In this document: positions 8,598-18,209 of the stretch, one piece after another
How the letters are laid out: the number at the start of each line of letters is the position of its first letter
Position numbering within the stretch: the first letter of the stretch is position 1
Made by a program: the position numbers and the translations under genes
Source of the DNA: Candidatus Latescibacterota bacterium
GTDB taxonomy: Bacteria; Latescibacterota; UBA2968; UBA8231
NCBI GenBank assembly: GCA_965261395.1
Contig: OZ253462.1
Coordinates: forward strand, 5,824,001-5,888,000
Length of the DNA stretch: 64,000 nt
Direction: 5' to 3'
Notes under the pieces: model-generated
Told to the model about the DNA's origin: nothing
The model's input: the letters and a program-made list of their open reading frames with translations, nothing else
Database searches by the model: none

Positions 8598-9529
8598 GAA
8601 GCCGTCTGAAAACTATATTTTTTCTATTTGATCCGTTTGAGCAGCAAGTGGATCATAGCAATCTGGATCAAGGCTTCGCTATGGTGGGTCAACACCTCAT
8701 AATCTCGGGCATGTCGGCGAAAATTCATCAACCACGCAAACGTGCGCTCGACGACCCAACGGCGTGGTAACACCTCAAAGCCGGGGCCTTGTTTGGCGAC
8801 GACTTCCAAGTCTATTTTGTGCGTCTTTTTTACGTTAGCCACCCACGTTCGGATCGGATCGCCTCGATAGCCGCCATCGCCCCACAGTTTGCGTAACCGG
8901 GCTACGCCGGAGGCCCCCAAGCGGGTCAACACCTGCTTGAGGCCGTCCCGATCCTCTACATCGGCGGCGGTGACCACCACCTGTCTAAGCAAGCCCGAGG
9001 TGTCGACCAACAGATGACGCTTGCGCCCCTTGACCTTTTTTCCGGCGTCATAACCGGTTGTTTTACCATGGGTTGCCGTCTTGATCGTCTGACTATCGAC
9101 TACGCCAGCCGACGGCGTTGGAGCCCGTCCGTTGAGGCGGCGTTCCCGCTGGGTGAGTCGATCCAATACCTGCGGCCAGACCCCTTGTAGACTCCAGCGA
9201 CGAAAGTAATCATACACCGTTTTCCACGGTCCAAAACAAGAAGGCAACAAAGCCCAAGGACAACCGGTCTTGGTCAGATACAAAAGGCCGTTGACGATCT
9301 GGCGTCGATCCCGCGGTGGCCGACCCGGACCGTTCGGCTGCCATGTCGAAGCCGGCAGCAACGGTTCGATCCGACGCCATTGCACATCGGTTACATCGGT
9401 GGCATATTGCCTACTAGGCGTACTCATCATACGAGCCTTTCTGTTCAGATTTTGTCGCGAAACCTGAATATGGCTCGATGAGTACGCCGATTCAAATACC
9501 GGCTACAGCAAGGGTTTTCAGACGGCTTC
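8598..9529 (-). mobile_element. IS5-family (IS1031-like) element with intact 268-aa transposase (8624-9430)
   Basis: Perfect 16-bp TIRs GAAGCCGTCTGAAAAC with a 3-bp TCA target duplication. Motifs DSQTIK, GYDAGKKVKGRKRHLLVDT and RWVVERTFAWL. Confidence 0.95.
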
Positions 9530-9822
9530 TCAAGAGGAACGAAATGGAGTTCGATGCGCTGGTTCAATGCAAGGGCAATGCGCTGGAGCATGGACAGCGA
9601 ATGTCCTTCGTAATCGGCATCTTCCAAGCGTGTGATCACTGGTTGCTTGGTGCCGATTCGCTCGGCCAATTCGGCTTGAGTTAGCCCCGCCACCGTCCGC
9701 GCTTCGTAGATCAAACGGGCCACTTCTGCGTTAAGAGTTTCCTCGGCAATCAGTTGCTGCATTTCCCGATCGTCGCCCGTCATCTGGTCGAGAATCTGGG
9801 TTGCATCTCGCGTCTTAGGCAT
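9445..9822 (-). CDS. higA: HigA-like XRE/HTH antitoxin, C-terminus replaced by IS-derived residues
   Basis: IYEARTVAGLTQAELAERIGTKQPVITRLEDADYEGHSLSMLQRIA; overlaps the upstream toxin. Confidence 0.85.
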   Translation of the reverse strand: MPKTRDATQILDQMTGDDREMQQLIAEETLNAEVARLIYEARTVAGLTQAELAERIGTKQPVITRLEDADYEGHSLSMLQRIALALNQRIELHFVPLEKPSENPCCSRYLNRRTHRAIFRFRDKI

Positions 9823-10201
9823 GAGAAATATTCTCCTCGTAGGTGTGCTTCTCCGGGTCTTTCAGAAAAGCTTTTTTCCGTTTGATCGCCCGCATCAGGT
9901 CCGCTTGGGAAATCGCGTCTTCTTTGACCAGCCCATGAGTCAAGATCGCTATGTTCTGACCATGAAAGAAATAGAGAATGCGATAGTTGATCCGACCGCG
10001 GCGGATGCGCAGTTCGTAGATGTCTTCTTCCAGATAGTCAGCCAGTGGACGACGAAGTTCGTGGCCGAGTTGGGCCAGCAGGCGGATGCGTGCGATGCAC
10101 TTGGCATAAACCCGTTTGTCTGTTCGCCGCAATTCCTGTAACCAACTTCGCACTGGAATATCTCGTTCATCCTGGAAGAAGAATACCTGGGTAGCGGGCA
10201 T
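9815..10201 (-). CDS. higB: RelE/ParE (HigB, Gp49-like) toxin
   Basis: GHELRRPLADYLEEDIYELRIRRGRINYRILYFFHG...LTHGLVK; toxin-first order. Confidence 0.85.
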   Translation of the reverse strand: MPATQVFFFQDERDIPVRSWLQELRRTDKRVYAKCIARIRLLAQLGHELRRPLADYLEEDIYELRIRRGRINYRILYFFHGQNIAILTHGLVKEDAISQADLMRAIKRKKAFLKDPEKHTYEENISHA

Positions 10202-10308
10202 AGAAACCCTTTACAAAATCGTTCCCTGAATAAGACAAAAATAACAATATTATTATAAATACAAGAGGATATATTGTAAAATGATCGCCAATGTGATCTA
10301 TCATCGAC

Positions 10309-10377
10309 CTTGTCAACTAAAATTTTAGTTGACAAGCCGAGTGCTGTCGAGTATGTTCAACTAAATTCTTAGTTGAA
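10309..10377 (+). promoter_or_regulatory. Sigma70 promoter overlapped by two TCAACTAA-N4-TTAGTTGA operators
   Basis: Perfect 28-bp palindrome at 10309-10336 and a second palindrome at 10356-10377. TTGACA (10329-10334), 17-bp spacer, TATGTT (10352-10357). Confidence 0.8.
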
Positions 10378-10387
10378 AGGGCTCGCC

Positions 10388-10945
10388 ATGGCGAACAGAG
10401 ACAAACCCGATAAAAATTTGACGCTGAGAACCCGCAGGACGCTTGGCGGCAGTGCACGCCGGATGGGCATGCGAGCACGCGTGTTGACGGCGATACTGCT
10501 ATGCCCCCTGGCCGCCGTGACGCTGCCCTCTTGTGGCGCTACCTCGGAAGAGTCCAACGGCTCGGCTGAGTCGAGTCGGGATGAGCATCGCGTTGTCGTC
10601 GAGGATCAAGATTCCAATACAAGTGGCGATACAGCCATACAAACAGAAAAACTAGACCTCAGAGTAGAAAGTGCGCCACAAGATTCACTGGTGAAAATTG
10701 TGTACTGGATTCCAGAAACGGTTAATCGAGACTCCGTCTTTATAGAACTCGGTTGCTTCAATATGGAGGGGATGCGGGTGGCCCAGCCTGTTAATAAAAC
10801 ACACGCGCCGGGTTCTTATACGGTGTCCTTATCTAAACGGGGATTACCTGATGGGATATACCATGTGAGATTAAGCGCAAATCGATTACCACAACCACAA
10901 AGAGAGATACGCCCATTTAATCTGATCTGGACCAATAGAAAGTGA
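10388..10945 (+). CDS. Chimeric protein: BlaI N-terminus + BlaR1 last TM + FlgD/T9SS-CTD-like domain (possible lipoprotein)
   Basis: MANRDKPDKNLT matches BlaI MATRDKPDKKLT. RRMGMRARVLTAILLCPLAAVTLPS matches the BlaR1 copy. C-terminus ...FNMEG..V...PGSYTV......LPDGIYHVRL. Confidence 0.7.
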   Translation: MANRDKPDKNLTLRTRRTLGGSARRMGMRARVLTAILLCPLAAVTLPSCGATSEESNGSAESSRDEHRVVVEDQDSNTSGDTAIQTEKLDLRVESAPQDSLVKIVYWIPETVNRDSVFIELGCFNMEGMRVAQPVNKTHAPGSYTVSLSKRGLPDGIYHVRLSANRLPQPQREIRPFNLIWTNRK

Positions 10946-12228
10946 GGTTTAGGATGTATTTCGACAAGTGCAGACTGGTAGCGAGTCTGGTGATGTGCCT
11001 AATTGTATGTTCTCTGTGTTTTGCACAACAGCTAACCCATTCAGAAGAAGAGATGAAGCGGTTTCGCCAATTTGAGCAGGGATACTACTCTCTCGAGACC
11101 ACAGAGCAGTATTGGGAAGGCATTTTGGGACTTGAGCAATTGCTGGCAGATTATCCCAATACCTTTCTGAAAGGCGATATCGCCATTACACTGTTGAATT
11201 ATTACCAACAGGTCACCGATGATCCACACCTGTTGATTGAGCTGTCTGAAAAAATGCTCGCATTGCGAATGTATTCCCATGGTGCTTATGAAGCTGCTCG
11301 GGTACTTGTGGACAAGCAGGTTAAGTCTGATAAAACGCTTCTATATGCACAGAACGCATTAAAAGAAGAACTGCAGAACCAAGAAAAATGGACGATTAAC
11401 GGCAAAGAAGAATTACACCGTCGCGATCTATTGGCGCGTGCTTACCAACTCATTGGGCAATACGATCAAGCTGTCGCAGAAATAAAGACCGTGATTCGCG
11501 GATGGCAAACTCGAAAGGATTTAGGCGACATAGACCTAGCATATCAACAGTACAAAATAGATCGGGCAAAGGTCAATTTGCTGCGGATTTATATTGATCA
11601 AAAAGCCTGGACCTAGGCTTACGAACTGGCATCAGAATTATTGCTAACTTCGGTCGTGCGTCGAGATGTTGCGGAATTGTGGAGTCAAGCTTATGTAGGG
11701 AAATTTGGCTCAGGCGTAGGGATGAGCAAAGCCTATGCTTCCTCAAAGGCCAAGTGGGATGAGAAAATTATCCAACGCGTTGAAAATGAGCGGATTTCAC
11801 GACCTGCACCGACCCTTGCGGTACAAAAGCTGGATGGTGAGAAGATCGCTTCAGCCGATTTGCAGGGCAGGGCTGTGGTGGTGACGTTTTGGGCGGGATG
11901 GTGTAGCCCGTGTATTGAAGAGTTGCCCTATCTGCAAAAACTCAAGGAGCAATTTTACGAGCAAAATGTTGAATTTTTAGCAGTGAATATTGACCAGGAT
12001 TCTTCAGGGCGCAGAGATATGGTGGCGAACTTTCGCTACCAGAGCGCACCAAGTTTAACATTTGTATTGGGTGATTTGGAAATGCGAGAAGCGTTTGGTT
12101 CCAATGAGATTCCCTATACGTGTATTATTGATCAGGACGGACAGATTCGCTATGAACGCAAGGGATTAGGCACTGATTTTAGCACGGCAATGGCGCATCA
12201 GTTGCAGTGGGTATTGGCAGAAAATTGA
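10942..12228 (+). pseudogene. Exported TPR-like + TlpA thioredoxin protein with in-frame TAG at 11614-11616
   Basis: The two ORFs are in the same frame with one stop between them. Signal peptide, helical repeats, and VVVTFWAGWCSPCIEELP...IPYTCIIDQDGQIR. Confidence 0.75.
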
Positions 12229-12239
12229 AAGGACTTACC

Positions 12240-12647
12240 ATGGCGACCAGAGACAAACCCGACAAAAAGTTGACCCCGCTCGAAACGCTCATTATGAACG
12301 TCCTGTGGGATGAGTCGCCCGCAGCCGTCAAGCAGGTGCAGGAGCGGCTAACGTCCGTCAAGCCGATGGCCTACAATACCGTGCTGACCATAATGCGCAT
12401 CCTGCGCGATAAGGGCTTTGTGGTCTCGGAGCGAGCAGGCCGCTCCGATCTCTATCGCCCGGTGGTCACGCGCGAGGATATGGGGCGGCGATCGCTGGGC
12501 GAAGTCATCGACTCGTTCTTTTCCGGCTCGGCCGAAGCGCTGGTCAGCCAACTGCTAGATGGCCAGTCGCTCACTGACGAGGAGTTGACGGCGATCCGGG
12601 CGGAGTTGGACCGAACTCTTGAGAGCAGAAAAGGAGACCAGCGATGA
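12240..12647 (+). CDS. blaI: BlaI/MecI/CopY family repressor
   Basis: LTPLETLIMNVLWD...AYNTVLTIMRILRDKGFV...FFSGSAEALVSQLL; ATGA overlap with the M56 gene. Confidence 0.9.
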   Translation: MATRDKPDKKLTPLETLIMNVLWDESPAAVKQVQERLTSVKPMAYNTVLTIMRILRDKGFVVSERAGRSDLYRPVVTREDMGRRSLGEVIDSFFSGSAEALVSQLLDGQSLTDEELTAIRAELDRTLESRKGDQR

Positions 12648-14560
12648 ATGCGGCTTTGAACGAGTTAGGCAGTCAGCTCTTCGGCTGGTTTGGTCAGTTG
12701 AGTATCGAACTAGCGGCGCTGGCGGTCTTAGTCCTAGTGGCCGGTCACCTGTTGCCGATCAAGTCGCCGGCCTTGCGCCACCTGTTATGGGCTGTCGTGC
12801 TGCTCAAGCCACTCGTCGCCGTCGCGGTCAACTCGCCCTATTCTCTATTCACGCCGTTGGTGTCGGCCGTGGATACCGATTGGAATGCCCTTGCATTCTC
12901 GCCTGTCGAGCACCCAACGGTGCAAGTAGCAGCTTCGCCGACAATTGCCGTAAGTAGTGTGCGACTTACTACCGCCGGCTGGGGAGCGATACTGTGGCTC
13001 GTAGGCGCGGCGCTACTCATCGGGCGGATTCTGATCGGCTACGGCATCGTCTGGTGCTTGCGGAGCCAAGCGCAAGTGCAGCACGACGGCCCGCTTTGCG
13101 ACGCCCTGCAGCAGGCACGTCGGACCCTCGACTGCTATCCCAAGGTCGAGGTGGCGATCTCCCCTTCTATTGGCTCGCCGATGGCGCTAGGCATCCTGAG
13201 ACCGCTCATTGTCTTTCCCGCCGATCTCGTCGAGAAACTGAGCGCCGATAAACTCGCCTTGATCCTCATGCACGAGCTGGCACACGTGCGCCGCTGGGAC
13301 AACCTCACGCTACTGCTGCACCGACTAGTCGCCGCCGTGTTGTTCTTCCATCCCGCCGTGTGGCTGTGCGGTCGCATGTTGCGGCGGGAAGCCGAACAGG
13401 CCTGCGACGATCTCGTCGTATGCGCCACCGGCCACTCAGAAGCCTATGCGCGCGGCCTAGCTCACATCGCCGAACGGACAGCTCACTTAGACCCTTTAAT
13501 ACGGAGAATCCCCACGATGAACGCCTTCGCAGCAGCAGAATCGGATTTGGCGCTGAGAATCCGCAGGGCGCTTGGCGGCGGTGCGCGCCGGATGGGCATG
13601 CAGGCGCGTGTATTGACGGCGGTACTGCTATGCCCTCTAGCCGCCGTGACGCTGCCCTCTGTGTCCAAAATCTCGGCTGAGTCGAGTCAGGATGAGCATC
13701 CCTTTATCGCCGTGGATCAAGACGGCAACATGAAGCTGAACGACAAATCAGTGACGTTTGCGACGCTTAAAGAAGAATTGCGGGCGAAGAGACGACTGCT
13801 GGACAATACTACGATGATTATCATCCAAGGAGACGAGCGTGCTCCGCACGGGATGATCGCCCGGACCATGGATTTCGCCCGCCAAGTAGGGCTTGTCGAT
13901 CAGGTAGTGGCTACGGAACTGCAACCGGAAGTGGCCAATGTCGCGGTTGAACCGAGTCAGAATGACGGGATCTGGCGAGAGGCGATGGCCACTGATCCAG
14001 ATGAATGGTCCGACGAACTCAAAACCCAGCTTCTCGCGCTCAAACCCAACAGAACCATCAAGGAAATCGCCTACGCGGTACGTCAGAGCAGGGATAAAAT
14101 CCGGCAAGAGGCGATGGCCACTGATCCAGATGAATGGTCCGACGAACTCAAAACCCAGCTTCTCGCGCTCAAAACCCAGCTTCTCGGGCTTGAACCTGAC
14201 AGTACCATCGAGGAAATCGCCTACGCGGTACATCAGAGCAGACTTTGGCGGCAGGCGGAAGAGACCGATCCAGACGAGTGGTCCGACGAACTCAAAACCC
14301 AGCTTCTCGCGCTCAAACCCGGCAGTCTCTCGTATGAAATAGCCACCGCTGCATCGGATGAATTATTTATTTTTAACGTAGTCGGAGATCTCGTTCGAAC
14401 CTTTTTTTTAGATCATCAGAGTCCCGGCAAATATAGCATCGTCTGGGACGGGCGGGACGATGCCGGCCGCGAGCGCAGCAACGGCGTGTACTTCTATACG
14501 TTGAAATCCGACAGAGAGGCGAACAAGCATGTAGCGTACAGAACAATATTAGTTAGATAA
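12644..14560 (+). CDS. BlaR1-type M56 metallopeptidase with ExbD-like domain, three helical repeats and FlgD-Ig C-terminus
   Basis: SPMALGILRPLIVFP...ILMHELAHVRRWDN...FFHPAVW...EAEQACDD. IIIQGDERAPHG is ExbD-like. TDPDEWSDELKTQLLALK occurs three times. Ends PGKYSIVWDGRDDAG...NGVYFY. Confidence 0.85.
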   Translation: MNAALNELGSQLFGWFGQLSIELAALAVLVLVAGHLLPIKSPALRHLLWAVVLLKPLVAVAVNSPYSLFTPLVSAVDTDWNALAFSPVEHPTVQVAASPTIAVSSVRLTTAGWGAILWLVGAALLIGRILIGYGIVWCLRSQAQVQHDGPLCDALQQARRTLDCYPKVEVAISPSIGSPMALGILRPLIVFPADLVEKLSADKLALILMHELAHVRRWDNLTLLLHRLVAAVLFFHPAVWLCGRMLRREAEQACDDLVVCATGHSEAYARGLAHIAERTAHLDPLIRRIPTMNAFAAAESDLALRIRRALGGGARRMGMQARVLTAVLLCPLAAVTLPSVSKISAESSQDEHPFIAVDQDGNMKLNDKSVTFATLKEELRAKRRLLDNTTMIIIQGDERAPHGMIARTMDFARQVGLVDQVVATELQPEVANVAVEPSQNDGIWREAMATDPDEWSDELKTQLLALKPNRTIKEIAYAVRQSRDKIRQEAMATDPDEWSDELKTQLLALKTQLLGLEPDSTIEEIAYAVHQSRLWRQAEETDPDEWSDELKTQLLALKPGSLSYEIATAASDELFIFNVVGDLVRTFFLDHQSPGKYSIVWDGRDDAGRERSNGVYFYTLKSDREANKHVAYRTILVR

Positions 14561-14566
14561 CCATCA

Positions 14567-15412
14567 AACTGCTGGATGGCCAGTCGCTCACTGACGAAGA
14601 ATTGACGGCGACCCGGGCGGAGTTGGACCGAACTCTTGAGAGCAGCAAAGGAGGCCAGCGATGAATGCAGCTTTGAACGGGCTGGGTAATCAGCTATTCG
14701 GCTGGTTTGGTCAGTTGAGTATCGAACTAGCGGCGCTGGCAGTCTTAGTCCTAGTGGCCAGTCGCCTGTTGCCGATAAAGTCACCGGCCTTGCGCCACCT
14801 GTTGTGGGCGGTCGTGCTAATCAAGCCGCTCGTCGCTGTCGCAATCAGCTCACCCTATTCGCTATTTACGCCGTTGGTACCATCCGTGGATACCGATTGG
14901 AATGCCCTTGCATTCTCGCCCGTCGATCACCCAACGGTACAAGTAGCGGCTCCTCCGGCAATTGCCACAAGCAGTGTGCCACTTACTACAGCCGGCTGGG
15001 GAGCAATACTGTGGCTCGTAGGCGCAGCGCTGCTCCTCGGACGGATTCTGATCGGCTACGGCATCGTCTGGTGCTTGCGGCAGCAGGCGCAAGTGCAGCG
15101 CGACGGCCCCCTTTGCGACGCCCTGCGGCAAGCACGTAGGACCCTCGACTGCTACCCCAAGGTCGAGGTGGCGATCTCCCCTTCTATTGGCTCGCCGATG
15201 GTGCTGGGCATCCTAAGACCGATCATTGTCTTTCCCGACCATCTCGTATGAAATAGCCACCGCCACATCGGCTGAATTAGCTATTTATGATGTAGCCGGA
15301 CAGCACGTTCGAACCTTTGTTTTGGGCTATCAGAGTCCCGGCAACTATAGCATCATCTGGGATGGGCAGGACGATGCTGGCCGCGAGCTCAACAATGGTA
15401 TGTACTTCTATA
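14567..15412 (+). pseudogene. Second blaI(3')-blaR1 copy with internal deletion and IS-truncated FlgD fragment
   Basis: Close duplicate of about 12550-13230 that jumps at TCTCGT (about 15242-15247) to the FlgD segment, then is cut at 15413. Confidence 0.85.
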
Positions 15413-16522
15413 AGTGATGTTACGCAGCTCATAGGCATTGGTTTATCTTTTCTGACATGGATAAAAAACTGTTAGCCCTCTATAGTGATTATCTGTTGAG
15501 TTCTTTTGGCGCTACGACCGCCACCGGCCTTTCGTCTTTGTTGGATGGCCAAATCAGCCACGACCCCGTGACGCGCTTTTTGTCTCAGGCCGACGACCCG
15601 TCGAAAGAGCTCTGGCATCAAGTCAAATCCGTGGTGCGCACCATCGAGCGCGAAGACGGGGTGCTCATTTTCGATGATACGATTCAGCAAAAGCCGTACA
15701 CGGATGAAAATGAGTTGATCTGTTGGCCCTTCGATCCTAGTAAAAACCGCTCCGTCAAAGGCTTGAATCTGCTCAATTGCATCTATCAGGCCGGCGAGGT
15801 CCGTGTGCCGGTGGCCTATGCGTTAGTGCGTAAACCGATTCCGTTTTGCGATCGCCAAACGCGGCGGGTCAAACGCAAAAGCGAGGTGACTAAAAACCAA
15901 TGGCGGCGGCAGATGCTACAGACCTGCCAGCAGAATCGCCTGCGCTACCGCTAGGTCTGGGCCGATAGTTGGTTTTCGGCCCAGGAAAACCGGTCATTTA
16001 TCCGCCCAGACCTGAAGAAACACTGTATCGTCGCCCTCCAATCCAACCGGACGGTCGCCTTGAGCCCACAAGACAAAGCCCACAGCCGCTTCGTGCGCAT
16101 CGATACGCTGGACGGGTCAGACCCCACGCCGGTAACCGCCGGGATCAAAGGACTCCCTTTTCCGATCCTGCTGCATCGGCGAGTCTTTACAAACAAAGAC
16201 GATTCCACCGGTATTTTGTATCTGGCCTGTAGTGATCTCGACCCACATGGAGACGCCCTTGAGACGATCTATCAAAAACGATGGAAAGTCGAAGTCTTTC
16301 ACCAAACGCTCAAGTCCCATGCCGCGCTGGCCAAGGCGCCGACCAAACGGGTCCGTACCCAAAGCAACCACGTCTTTATGGCCATCTATGCAGCCTTCTC
16401 CTTAGAGTGGCTGCGCATCAAGCAGCGGATGAATCCGTTTGCCCTCCGATCAAAACTCTATCCCAAGGCCATTCGACACGCCTTTGAAGAATGGCAGCAC
16501 CTAAAGACTGCGTAACATCACT
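15413..16522 (+). mobile_element. IS701-family element; transposase (15457-16515) has an in-frame TAG at 15952-15954
   Basis: Perfect 15-bp TIR AGTGATGTTACGCAG. Motifs YSDYLLSS..ISHD.VTRFL, LIFDDT..KPYT, ADSWF and YQKRWKVEVFH..LK. No target duplication seen. Confidence 0.85.
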
Positions 16523-16559
16523 GAATAACTCAACAGCTTCTAAAGTGGAGGCACAGCAC

Positions 16560-17384
16560 ATGACGAGTAAATACGGCTATTCAGAAGAGGGTTTGAAGCA
16601 CTATACCAGCTACCGGGCAAAGGGTCCGATTGCGGTGGACGGACACCTCGACGAAGAATCGTGGCAACTGGTGCCCAAATCGCCGCGTTTCGAGGACCTG
16701 GAGGAACCGGGCCGGCCAGCCCTTTTCGACACCCGAGCTGCGGTGCTGTGGGACGACGAGTACCTCTACGTGGGCTTCTGGCTGGAAGAACCGGATGTGC
16801 GGGCGACCTATACCACGCGCGATTCCATGATCTGCGAGGAAAACGATGTAGAGGTCTTCATCGCCGGTGAGAACAGCTATTACGAATTCGAGCTGAATGC
16901 CTTGGGCACCATTATGGAGCGGTTTTACGTGTGGCAGGACGCCTACATCGAGGCCGGGTACGCCAAGCTGCCCGAATTCGATCTGCTGGGTACCCGGCTG
17001 GTGGATACCCTCGGCGGACCGCAGTCGGGACACCGACATCCGCGCGGGCGGCGCTGGGCTTTCCGCGAATGGGACATGCCGGGTTTGCAATGGGCGGTGC
17101 AGGTGGACGGCACCATCAATGATTCCAGGGACACCGACCGGGGCTGGACCGCGGAAATCGCCTTCCCTTGGCAGAGCTTGAAGCACTTGGCGGACGGGCG
17201 CTCGCTGCCGGCTCGGGAAGGGGATATATGGCGCATGGACTTTTCGCGTTTCCAGTGGATTGAGGAGGGCGGTGCGCGGGTGTGTCCGGGGTGGGCTTGG
17301 ACCAGCCACGGGACCTATGATTCGCACATCCCGGATCGCTTCAGTGTGATACACTTTTCCGAAAGGGTGGTGGGTGAGGAATGA
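16560..17384 (+). CDS. Carbohydrate-binding family 9-like (DOMON-like) protein
   Basis: IAVDGHLDEESW...T.AAVLWDDEYLYVGF...NDVEVFI...YYEFELNALG...GWTAEIAFPW...GDIWRMDFSR. Confidence 0.8.
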   Translation: MTSKYGYSEEGLKHYTSYRAKGPIAVDGHLDEESWQLVPKSPRFEDLEEPGRPALFDTRAAVLWDDEYLYVGFWLEEPDVRATYTTRDSMICEENDVEVFIAGENSYYEFELNALGTIMERFYVWQDAYIEAGYAKLPEFDLLGTRLVDTLGGPQSGHRHPRGRRWAFREWDMPGLQWAVQVDGTINDSRDTDRGWTAEIAFPWQSLKHLADGRSLPAREGDIWRMDFSRFQWIEEGGARVCPGWAWTSHGTYDSHIPDRFSVIHFSERVVGEE

Positions 17385-18205
17385 GTGATAAGACCGCGTT
17401 ATCGACGGCGGAGACCGTGCGCTACATCTGCCATAGGACTGAAGACGCCATTGATGTGGACGGTCATCTGCAGGAGGAAGTTTGGACTCGGGCGCAGCGC
17501 TCCCCGCGCTTTGGGGATCACACCGGACAGCGATCGCTTTTCGATACCCGGGCGGCCATGCTGTGGGACGACCAGAATCTATACGTGGGCTTCTGGCTGG
17601 AAGATCGCGATATGTGGGGTACGCAGAAAGAGGCTTCGCCATTAGTCCGGCAGGACAATAACGCGGGGGTGCTCCTCGTCGGTCGGGGAGCGTATTACGA
17701 ACTAGCCGTCAATCCGCTAGGCGCGACCTCGGAGATGTTCTACATCTGGAAGGAGGCCTATCAGCGCGGCGACCGCTACGACGTGCCGGAGTTCGATCTG
17801 GCAGTACAGCGGCCCGAAGTCTTAGGCGGGGGATCGAATTCCGACTATCACGCCATGCGCTGGGCTTTTTCGCACTGGCGCTTTCCCGGACTGCAGGTCG
17901 GCGTGCAGGTCGAGGGTACCCTGAACAAACGGGATGATATCGACCAAGGCTGGAGCGTGGAACTGGCCTTTCCTTGGGAGGGGTTGAGAAAGCTGGCGGA
18001 CGCGCAAAGCCTGCCCCCGGCCGCTGGCGATATATGGCGGATTGGGCTGGTGCGACGCCAGATCATCGATCAGCGCGCCAGTCGGCGGCAGGTCTCGTGG
18101 ACTTGGCAGCCCCTAAGCGAAAGCAATATGCACGTGCCCAAGACTCATCTTGAGATGGAATTTTCCCGCGTGCCACCGAGCGAATCCTCCGCGAATTCGG
18201 CGTAA
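17381..18205 (+). CDS. Carbohydrate-binding family 9-like protein (tandem paralogue)
   Basis: Same motif series as the upstream gene; ATGA overlap. Confidence 0.8.
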   Translation: MSDKTALSTAETVRYICHRTEDAIDVDGHLQEEVWTRAQRSPRFGDHTGQRSLFDTRAAMLWDDQNLYVGFWLEDRDMWGTQKEASPLVRQDNNAGVLLVGRGAYYELAVNPLGATSEMFYIWKEAYQRGDRYDVPEFDLAVQRPEVLGGGSNSDYHAMRWAFSHWRFPGLQVGVQVEGTLNKRDDIDQGWSVELAFPWEGLRKLADAQSLPPAAGDIWRIGLVRRQIIDQRASRRQVSWTWQPLSESNMHVPKTHLEMEFSRVPPSESSANSA

Positions 18206-18209
18206 GTTT

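Noticed and set aside
11614-15954. Two in-frame TAG codons suggesting amber recoding
   Set aside because: Many intact genes here end in TAG, one case is a decaying transposase, and no pyl genes or suppressor tRNA are visible.
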